In this document: positions 36,779 to 44,472 of the stretch, piece after piece
Layout: every line of letters starts with the position of its first letter
How positions within the stretch are numbered: position 1 is the first letter of the stretch
Source: Candidatus Thorarchaeota archaeon
Lineage (GTDB): Archaea; Asgardarchaeota; Thorarchaeia; Thorarchaeales; Thorarchaeaceae
DNA length: 55,087 nucleotides
Assembly: GCA_046482545.1 (NCBI GenBank)
Contig: JAWOEX010000002.1
Span: 1-55,087, forward strand
Direction: 5' to 3'
The notes under the pieces: model-generated
Told to the model about the DNA's origin: nothing
The model's database searches: none
The model's input: the letters and a program-made list of their open reading frames with translations, nothing else
Made by a program: the position numbers and the translations under genes

Positions 36779-36916
36779 TCATCGCTTCTTGATATAGACA
36801 CCGACTATGACCACCACTACACCTATCGCGGCACCAGCCCCAAGTACGGACAGCATCGGGTCTATTCCTTCAGGGTTTGTTGTTCCGGTGGTTGTAGTTG
36901 GTATTGTTGCAGGAAA
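36779..36916 (-). pseudogene. Orphan C-terminal Thr-rich linker plus TM anchor remnant
   Basis: Manual translation FPATIPTTTTGTTNPEGIDPMLSVLGAGAAIGVVVVIVGVYIKKR*. Confidence 0.75.
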
Positions 36917-37132
36917 TCTTACAGAAATCTTACACTTTTGCACTCGGATTTTCAGAATTTTTGTAAAACTCGCATAATCATGATTCCACTCCCTACGAGC
37001 GTGTTACTAGGTATGCTTCTTGTAGGATTCTATGACCCTCGGACAGAAAACGAGTCCTTCAATGATCTAGATGAAACATGAGCGAACGGAAACGGGAGAA
37101 ATCGCAGTGCGCTTTCAGTTCTGCTTGTTCGG

Positions 37133-37654
37133 TCATTGAAGCCAGCTGGGTGCATCTTCGGGTGGAGGGTATCTTTTGATAAAGAAATAGCCCAAAATGA
37201 GAGTTAGAGGAGTTGGAAAGATCGGCCAGAATGGGAAGCCTGGATTTGTGAAGTCATAGAGGAGGTTGGGTATGTTCAGTATCATAGGAGGTATGAATCC
37301 AAGACTGCCCACCGCGAAAGCTCTCCTAACTGTTAATTTGCGCTTATAGACACGATACATAAAGTATGCAAAGAGAATCTGGGGGCCGCCGATGAAGATA
37401 AGGAGCGGCAAAAGAGGGCCAAAGTTCGCAAAGTGAAATTCGATATAAGGGGAAGATTGTAAATCACGAAGTTGAAACATCCAACCGCCAGCCCATATTA
37501 CGAGATAAGAAGGGTCGTATTGAACCCAGTTAGGAAGAACAAGGGCACATACCGATAGAATAACGCCTACCTCTGCAGGAAAATAGTCATACCGCTCCTC
37601 TTCTTTTGGTTCTCCTTTGGTCACTCCTAATCTCCCCTTGTTTGGTGCATCCAT
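37133..37654 (-). CDS. Hypothetical multi-pass membrane protein
   Basis: About 4 TM segments, PIFPTP and RYPPPE..WL tail. Confidence 0.75.
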   Translation of the reverse strand: MDAPNKGRLGVTKGEPKEEERYDYFPAEVGVILSVCALVLPNWVQYDPSYLVIWAGGWMFQLRDLQSSPYIEFHFANFGPLLPLLIFIGGPQILFAYFMYRVYKRKLTVRRAFAVGSLGFIPPMILNIPNLLYDFTNPGFPFWPIFPTPLTLILGYFFIKRYPPPEDAPSWLQ

Positions 37655-37736
37655 TCACTGTAGCGAGACAATACTTTGAAGTATTGGTTTTGTCAGAGTT
37701 AGGATGTCCATTTATCTGTCCTAGGAGTGAAAAAGA

Positions 37737-39194
37737 TTGTGTAAAGAAGCAGCATGGAAATGGATTGTAGAACATGAATCCAAAATGGTAGCAGTCAGCG
37801 ACAGAGTTTGGGAATTTGCTGAGCTTGGACTCCAGGAATTCAAGTCTGCAGCCTTGATTGCTGATACATTGGAAGAATTCGGATTCGAGGTAGAGCGCGG
37901 AGTCGCAGATATGCCAACGGCATTTGTGGCTTCTTACGGAAGCGGCCATCCGGTAATAGGCATCATGGGAGAATATGATGCACTACCCGGCTTGTCACAG
38001 AAACCAGTAACGCATAAAGAACCACTTGAAGAGGGGGCGCCAGGGCACGGTTGCGGCCATAATATCCACGGCGTATCTGGAATGGCAGCGGCTATTGCAG
38101 TTAAACAGTCCATAGAATCGAATAACATCGATGGGAGTATCAAGTTCTTTGGTTGCCCAGCCGAGGAGAACTACAGTGGCAAGATGTTCATGGTAAGAGA
38201 TGGGCTGTTCGATGATGTCGATGTTGCGTTGAGTCATCACCCAGGGGCCTTCAACTGGGCAGGTATTGGAAGCTCTCTAGCGGTGAACTCGGTGAAATTC
38301 CATTTCCATGGTGTTTCAACGCATGCAGCTGCTTCACCAGATCGGGGTAGAAGTGCTCTGGATGCAGTGGAACTTATGAACACTGCCGTGAATTACATGA
38401 GGGAACATGTCATACAGGAAGCACGTATCCACTATGTTATTGAGAGAGGGGGGATGCAACCAAATGTTGTTCCGGCCTATGCTCGAACATGGTACTATGT
38501 ACGAGCTCCTGAACGCAATCAAGTAGACCACATTTACGAATGGATTTTGAGAATAGCAGATGGTGCCGACTTGATGGCCCGAACAACTCATGAAGTTGAG
38601 TTCTTGGAGGGCACATACAATGTGCTTCCGAACAAGAAACTCAGTGATATAGTCACAGTCAACATGAGAGAAATTGGCACGCCTCAATACACGGACGAAG
38701 AGATGGATTTTGCAAATGAATTGTTAGAAACCATCCCTAGGGAAGAGAAGATGGCAGCCCTGAGACAAACAAAACGGCCTGGCTGGGAGGACCTAATGGA
38801 TGTGACTATGGACAGGTCAATCCCTGATCCTTGGGATGAGGGTAGAATCTGGCCTGGATCCACTGATGTCGCAGACGTAAGTTGGGTAACACCCACGCTA
38901 GAGTTCAATACTGCAACATGGGTACTCGGAGTTCCAGCACATTCTTGGCAAGCGGTAGCGCTAAATGGAATGAGTATCGGTCACAAGTCGCTGATTTTCG
39001 CTGCCAAAGTAATCGCCGCTTCATCTCTTGACCTGATTATGAAGCCAGAACTATTAGAGAAAGTATATGATGAGTTCAAGGAGAGGAAGCACGGCCGGGT
39101 TTATGGATCGGCTGTTCCTCAAGATATCAAGCCTCCCTTGGAAGCAGCTAAGGAGGCTGCAGAAGCTTCGAGATATGTTCATACCAAATCTTGA
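37737..39194 (+). CDS. M20 amidohydrolase, AbgB-like (p-aminobenzoyl-glutamate hydrolase subunit B family)
   Basis: GEYDALPGLSQ, GHGCGHN, GCPAEE, GRSALDAVELMN, GSTDVADVSW, HSWQ. Confidence 0.9.
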   Translation: MCKEAAWKWIVEHESKMVAVSDRVWEFAELGLQEFKSAALIADTLEEFGFEVERGVADMPTAFVASYGSGHPVIGIMGEYDALPGLSQKPVTHKEPLEEGAPGHGCGHNIHGVSGMAAAIAVKQSIESNNIDGSIKFFGCPAEENYSGKMFMVRDGLFDDVDVALSHHPGAFNWAGIGSSLAVNSVKFHFHGVSTHAAASPDRGRSALDAVELMNTAVNYMREHVIQEARIHYVIERGGMQPNVVPAYARTWYYVRAPERNQVDHIYEWILRIADGADLMARTTHEVEFLEGTYNVLPNKKLSDIVTVNMREIGTPQYTDEEMDFANELLETIPREEKMAALRQTKRPGWEDLMDVTMDRSIPDPWDEGRIWPGSTDVADVSWVTPTLEFNTATWVLGVPAHSWQAVALNGMSIGHKSLIFAAKVIAASSLDLIMKPELLEKVYDEFKERKHGRVYGSAVPQDIKPPLEAAKEAAEASRYVHTKS

Positions 39195-39235
39195 CAGCTC
39201 TAGGTGCAGCACGAATCATCCTCTCGGACTGCCCG
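39185..39235 (+). repeat. Palindromic repeat, copy D (centre and right arm)
   Basis: CAAATCTTGACAGCTCTAGGTGCAGCACGAATCATCCTCTCGGACTGCCCG. Confidence 0.88.
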
Positions 39236-39236
39236 G

Positions 39237-41309
39237 TTAGGATATCCCTAATGTGTCTATGATGAAAGCATAGTTGAAAGCATAGTCCTTCATGTAATCA
39301 TAACGACCACTCGAGCTGAAGTGTCCGGTCTCCATCTTTGTTTTGAGTAGGAGGGGATTAGAATCGGTTTTCTTATCCCGAAGTTTTGCAGTCCATTTTG
39401 CCGGTTCCCAATAATGAACTCGTGGGTCATTGTACCCGGCGGTAATCAAAATTGGTGGGTAGTCCTGTGCCTCAACATTATCATAAGGAGAATATTCAAG
39501 CATCCATTCAAACTGCTCCTGGATACGCGGATCGCCCCACTCCGTATACTCGAAAGTAGTAAGTGGGATTGTGTCATCAAGCATCGTGTTAATTAAATCA
39601 ACAAATGGAACCGATGCCACTATGCAACCAAAGAGGTCAGGACGGAGGTTGGCAATACTACCCATCAGCAAACCCCCTGCACTTCCTCCCCAAGCACATA
39701 ACTTGCCATTTGTCGTATACTCTTCTGCTATCAGGTGCTCGGCACAAGCTATGAAGTCGGTGAAAGTTTTCATTTTGTGCCGCAGTTTCCCCTGATGATA
39801 CCATCTTTTCCCAAACTCTCCACCACCACGGATATGCGCGATGCCGAATATGATACCCCGTTCAAAAAGACTCAATCGTTTCTGATCGAACCCAGGATCA
39901 CGTGGATACCCGTAGGAACCATAGCCGTAGAGCAACAAAGCAGCACTCCCATCAAGGGGTACGTCTTTTCGATACGCTAACGAGATTGGTATCAGACTAC
40001 CATCAGGAGCCGTAGCATGTTCTCTCTTAGTAGTGTACTGTGACGGATCAAAACCCGCAATCTCTTCCACTTTCTTCGAATGTAACTTGTGGGTGTTCAT
40101 GTTGTAGTCGTAGGTTGTTTTGGGAGTAACGAGCGAACTGAAATAGAAGCGGAGAAGCTCAGTGTCATACTCAGGATTCCCGAAGTAGAAGACATCAGAA
40201 GTCCATGACAAGGAAAGGAGAATCTCATAGACGTTCCCCGGAAGCTCGACATCGTGAACCTCTCCAGATGCGATATCATAGACAGTCAGCGTGGGATGTC
40301 CATCGCTTCTTGCAAGGATGGCAAGATGATTCCGAAAGGTGACCAGCTGTGGTTGTCTTGCTTCAAAATCCCTCTCTAGTACAGGCTCCCAGTTGGCTGT
40401 ATCGAAACTATCAACTGGGGTTCGCATGAATCGAAAAGTGGTCTCCTCTTCATAATTCGTGAGAAAATAGAAATACCCCTCATGGTGTTCAACAAAGAAT
40501 TCTGTTCCATCATTTCTTGGAAAAAGAACAATTAGGTCTTGCTTCTCAGGGCGCAGGTCAAGATACTGGAGTTCTATCGTTTCTGAAGTCATGTTCATAA
40601 GATAGATGAAGAGACGGGAGTCGTCGGCCGCTTTCTCCAATTTAACCATAAATCGCTTATCATCTTCTTCGATGATTTGTACGTCCTCTGCTCTTTCTGT
40701 ACCGATTTCATGACGAGAGACAGCATACTCTCGATGAATATCATCGAGTTCGGTATAGAAGAATGCGCTATCATTTTCAGCCCATTCCAGCTGAGAGCCA
40801 ACGCCCTCTATTCTATCAATCACCTTTCCCGTATCAATTGAAACGACGTGCGCCTCATATGTCTCATCTCCTGAGAAATCAGCAGTATATGCTAGAAGTC
40901 TCTGATTGCTGCTAATCCTCAAAGTTCCAATATTGAGGTACTCTTGCCCCTCTGCAAGTTCATTCTCATCCAGTATGATCTCTTCTGAAGCTTCAAGAGA
41001 ACCTTCTTTCCGACAGTGTACTTTGTAATTCTTCCCCTCTATCTCTCTGTAGTAATAGTAGTGATCACCATACTTGATGGGGGCGCTCTCGTCATCTTCT
41101 TTGATACGGCTCTTCATCTCTTCGAACAACTGCTGCTGGAGCTCTTCCGTATGTTTCATCATCTCAACAGTGTACTCGTTCTCGGCTCGCAGGTACTCAA
41201 GAACATCTTCTGTGTCTTTGTTTCTCAGCCAGAAATAATTGTCTTTGAGTATTCTACCATGAATTTCAGTTTCGTGGGGGTCCTTCTTGGCAACAGGAGG
41301 GGTTGACAT
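39237..41309 (-). CDS. ptrB: Oligopeptidase B (S9A)
   Basis: DNYFWLR, YGYGSYG, HIRGGGE, GGSAGG, DPRVHYWEPAKW, GH. Confidence 0.93.
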   Translation of the reverse strand: MSTPPVAKKDPHETEIHGRILKDNYFWLRNKDTEDVLEYLRAENEYTVEMMKHTEELQQQLFEEMKSRIKEDDESAPIKYGDHYYYYREIEGKNYKVHCRKEGSLEASEEIILDENELAEGQEYLNIGTLRISSNQRLLAYTADFSGDETYEAHVVSIDTGKVIDRIEGVGSQLEWAENDSAFFYTELDDIHREYAVSRHEIGTERAEDVQIIEEDDKRFMVKLEKAADDSRLFIYLMNMTSETIELQYLDLRPEKQDLIVLFPRNDGTEFFVEHHEGYFYFLTNYEEETTFRFMRTPVDSFDTANWEPVLERDFEARQPQLVTFRNHLAILARSDGHPTLTVYDIASGEVHDVELPGNVYEILLSLSWTSDVFYFGNPEYDTELLRFYFSSLVTPKTTYDYNMNTHKLHSKKVEEIAGFDPSQYTTKREHATAPDGSLIPISLAYRKDVPLDGSAALLLYGYGSYGYPRDPGFDQKRLSLFERGIIFGIAHIRGGGEFGKRWYHQGKLRHKMKTFTDFIACAEHLIAEEYTTNGKLCAWGGSAGGLLMGSIANLRPDLFGCIVASVPFVDLINTMLDDTIPLTTFEYTEWGDPRIQEQFEWMLEYSPYDNVEAQDYPPILITAGYNDPRVHYWEPAKWTAKLRDKKTDSNPLLLKTKMETGHFSSSGRYDYMKDYAFNYAFIIDTLGIS

Positions 41310-41397
41310 GCCTAGTCGGTTTGATGTCTATCAGATAAGCGTTTTCAGATACATCACTGATAGCAGGAAAATAGACCAAGAAATTCTCACACAGAAC

Positions 41398-41420
41398 TCG
41401 CTCTGCTCGCCTCGGACAGT
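41398..41420 (+). repeat. Palindromic repeat, copy E (right end only)
   Basis: TCGCTCTGCTCGCCTCGGACAGT abutting the vapC stop codon. Confidence 0.8.
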
Positions 41421-41852
41421 CTATCTATTGGACACTAAGGGCACAAGTCCATCAAAATCAGAATCGTAAGTTGCCAAGTACTCGATATCGTTCTTGTCCA
41501 TAAATGCGATGATACAACAGTCTGTAAAGCTCAATGGTTTCTCAGGCCAGCTTGCGAGCGTCATCCATTTTTCCCAAGCTATGTCAAGGGTATCAAACCC
41601 GACACGGGCGAACTTGATAAAATCAGGTCTGTGGCAAATGAGGTAGTATGCCTTTTCTACAATGGATTTTTGGTGAGTGTGATTCCATAATGTAGTAAGC
41701 ACTTCATCGAGGACGTAGTCAATTGTTATGCGCGTGCCATACTCCGGCCTCTTCAGTTTTGTGAGAAGATTTCTAGCTCTGGTATGATTCTTATCACGTG
41801 AGTTGAGCAACGCAATTATGACATTGCTATCTAAGAAGACAGCCACATTCAA
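41421..41852 (-). CDS. VapC/PIN toxin (family 2, intact)
   Basis: VFLDSNVIIA, DYVLDE, LSFTDC, LATYDSDF. Confidence 0.92.
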   Translation of the reverse strand: MNVAVFLDSNVIIALLNSRDKNHTRARNLLTKLKRPEYGTRITIDYVLDEVLTTLWNHTHQKSIVEKAYYLICHRPDFIKFARVGFDTLDIAWEKWMTLASWPEKPLSFTDCCIIAFMDKNDIEYLATYDSDFDGLVPLVSNR

Positions 41853-42136
41853 CTGCCACCATATACAATTTCATCGACTCTTGATGAAAGGTTCTCACTG
41901 CCAGGGCCCAAGTCTTCGGCTAAGGAGAGAATCTCTTGGATCGTCTCATCAGTCAAGGGAACTTCTCCCGCCTGTACTTCGCTAACAATACGATTGTAGT
42001 TCTCCGTGCCGATTCTGAATGCCAGTTCCAGAATGTCCTTTTTGGTGAGCCGCTTTCCAGTATCAAGATAAAGGCGAGATTGGAGCTCTTCCAAATCATC
42101 CTGCAAGTCAAACTTCACCGTTGACATGTTGGGCAC
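41849..42136 (-). CDS. Putative antitoxin (family 2, intact)
   Basis: Small gene overlapping the PIN start by 4 bp; C-terminal SSRVDEIVYG. Confidence 0.8.
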   Translation of the reverse strand: MPNMSTVKFDLQDDLEELQSRLYLDTGKRLTKKDILELAFRIGTENYNRIVSEVQAGEVPLTDETIQEILSLAEDLGPGSENLSSRVDEIVYGGS

Positions 42137-42219
42137 ACCCAGTAACTAAGTTACCGAATTAATATATAAACCTGTAGAAATTGTGCGCGTCCAGACAAAA
42201 GTGGGAAGAACGCAATACA

Positions 42220-42308
42220 CTGAGGGGGATATTGCTTTCTTGAGGCTCAGACCAAATCTGACAGCTCTAGGTGCAGCATGAGCCATACTTTCAGTCTGTC
42301 GCCTCGGA
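42220..42308 (+). repeat. Palindromic repeat, copy F (near full)
   Basis: CTGAGGGGGATATTGCTTTCTTGAGGCTCAGACCAAATCTGACAGCTCTAGGTGCAGCATGAGCCATACTTTCAGTCTGTCGCCTCGGA. Confidence 0.9.
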
Positions 42309-42399
42309 AATCACGAACAGTAGGAAACAACCAATAGATGAAAATCGTACTTCGACCACAAAGAACAAGATTGAATATACTTTGTTGCCGTAGTTTAGA

Positions 42400-42852
42400 G
42401 TGTGGAGGTCCCATATCTTGCCTCAAGAAGAAATCAGCCCCGAAAGGTTTTCTAGAGCCATTAAGGAGTTGGTCCAAGACGACTCTGTGATAGCATGCTA
42501 TCTGTACGGATCGTACGCAAGAGGTGAAGAAACACCTCTCAGTGACTTGGACTTTGCAATCCTTTGGGAAGAAGAAGGCTCTCTTGAGGCCAGAAAGAGA
42601 AATTTGTTGCGGCTCTCACAAAAGCTCTCTCGAAGATTTAACCTTGATGTGGATGTGAGGAGCTTGAATGAAGCATCTCTAGAGCTACAATATCGGGTCG
42701 TATGCGAAGGCAAAGTAGTTTTCTGTAACGACAAGAGCAGACGGCTTGAATTTGAAGACCGAGTAGTGATGGAGTTTCTTGACTTCAAGCCAATGATTGC
42801 GGTGTATAATCAGTACATGCACAAGAGAATCGAGGAGACCGGCAAGCTATGA
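42400..42852 (+). CDS. mntA: MNT minimal nucleotidyltransferase antitoxin
   Basis: YLYGSYARG...SDLD (GSx10DxD), VDV. Confidence 0.9.
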   Translation: MWRSHILPQEEISPERFSRAIKELVQDDSVIACYLYGSYARGEETPLSDLDFAILWEEEGSLEARKRNLLRLSQKLSRRFNLDVDVRSLNEASLELQYRVVCEGKVVFCNDKSRRLEFEDRVVMEFLDFKPMIAVYNQYMHKRIEETGKL

Positions 42853-43286
42853 ATAACATGGAGATTATTGATACTCGCCTCAGCAAGTTAACTGAGACGA
42901 TGAGATTGCTGCGAGGATTTGCTCAAGAGGAGAAATCTGTGTTCCTTGAGGATCGAGTTAAATTGGGAGCTGCAAAATACTATCTCTTAGAAGCGATTCA
43001 AGTTTGTCTCGATATTGGGAACCATATCATCGGGTCTATGGGCTGGGAACGGCCACAAGACTATGCGTCTGTGTTCAGTATCCTCGAACAGAATCAGGTT
43101 CTGCCAACGGACCTTGCTGAAAAGCTAGAGGAAATGGCGAGATTTAGAAATCGAATCGTCCATCTCTATGGAAATTTTGACAATGAAATTCTCTACTCTG
43201 TTCTCAACGAGGACATCAGTGACGTTGATTCGTTTGCTGACCATGTTCTCAAATTCATGAAGACGAAAGAACAGAAGCAGAGCTAA
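42849..43286 (+). CDS. hepT: HEPN (DUF86) RNase toxin, type VII TA
   Basis: FRNRIVHLY (Rx4HxY); ATGA overlap with MNT gene. Confidence 0.9.
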   Translation: MNNMEIIDTRLSKLTETMRLLRGFAQEEKSVFLEDRVKLGAAKYYLLEAIQVCLDIGNHIIGSMGWERPQDYASVFSILEQNQVLPTDLAEKLEEMARFRNRIVHLYGNFDNEILYSVLNEDISDVDSFADHVLKFMKTKEQKQS

Positions 43287-43311
43287 TAGAGACTTTTGCA
43301 TAGTGTGAATC

Positions 43312-43401
43312 GAAGTACTTCCTTTCTCTGAGGCCTAACACCGAATCTTGGCAACTCCAGGTGCAGCACGAGTCATATTTTCGGTCTGCTCGCCTCGGAC
43401 A
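43312..43401 (+). repeat. Palindromic repeat, copy G (near full)
   Basis: GAAGTACTTCCTTTCTCTGAGGCC...GGTGCAGCACGAGTCATATTTTCGGTCTGCTCGCCTCGGACA. Confidence 0.9.
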
Positions 43402-43917
43402 TTAATCGAAATGAAAATGCAGTTGTAAAATGGAGTGAGTTCCACTGTTACCAAATAGCATTCTTAACCTGCGGATATGAATCAAAGCTTGACAGGCACA
43501 GAGATTCCTCTATTTTCGAGCATATATTTCAGATAATCCGAATTGATGATTTCGCGAGCTGTCCGTGTATAAGAGCTCACTTGAACTGTTTCTATTTGAC
43601 TTGTTTCTGACGGTTGTATGTCATATAACCCAAACAAGTCTGTCCTGTATATTGGAACTCCAACTGGAAAGCGGCCCTGCACAAACCAACATAAGTGGCG
43701 GATCCAATACAAACTTCCTGGTCAACCCTACCCTTCATAATGAATACGCCCCACCATATAGATTGGTACTATAAGAGAGTTGGTTTGTAGAAGATTCCGT
43801 TACGGAAACAATCCTCAACCGTACTCAATTATTAATAGGATGAATCTTATTGAATACTGATTTATTCTGTCAAGACTTTAGGTGGCATCTTAGCACATAG
43901 CGGAGATTTGATACGGC

Positions 43918-44395
43918 ATGATGAGAAGCAAGGCTAGAACTGAGAAAGGACTAAGAATTGCATCGGTACTTACCGCGATATATTTCGTAATAAGAATTAG
44001 GCATAGGGTTATGGACAGGGTCAATTGCCGTAATATCTGATGCAATTCATACCTTCTCAGCGGTTGGCGGAGTTTTGCTGGCAATGTTCGCCGGAAAGCT
44101 AGTGGAAAGGCGAGCCGGACCAGAGAAGACATTTGGGTACCTCAGGGCCGAAATTATTGGGTCTCTACTAAACGGATTTTTCCTGCTTGGAATGGCCTTT
44201 TTTGTTCTCTGGATGGGGTATAATCGGCTAGTAGATCCCATAGAACTCCCTCCGTTGCCCATGTTGATATCAGCTGGAGGAGGTATAATCACTGAAGTAG
44301 TTTCAATCTATTATCTTTACAAAGGCGAAGAGATGAACCTTAATGTAAGAGGTGCCTTTTGGCATATTCTCCAGACCTTCGTAAGAAGCCTAATC
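43918..44395 (+). pseudogene. Cation diffusion facilitator (CzcD-like) pseudogene
   Basis: +1 frameshift near 43992 joins ...YFVI to ELGIGLWTGSIAVISDAIH; TFGYLRAE, LNVRGAFWH; truncated after TM5. Confidence 0.85.
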
Positions 44396-44472
44396 TCCAA
44401 TGATAGTCTAGATTGGAGATTCGCCCACCTACTTTGGTCTTTTCTATTCTAAGTCTGTGCTGCCTCTATTCC

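Noticed and set aside
37037-37046. CCTCGGACAG as an extra repeat copy
   Set aside because: Only 10 bp match; flanks do not align convincingly, so not counted.
43482-43774. ORFs 43482-43712 and 43565-43774
   Set aside because: No recognisable family, start signal or composition; possibly decayed DNA.
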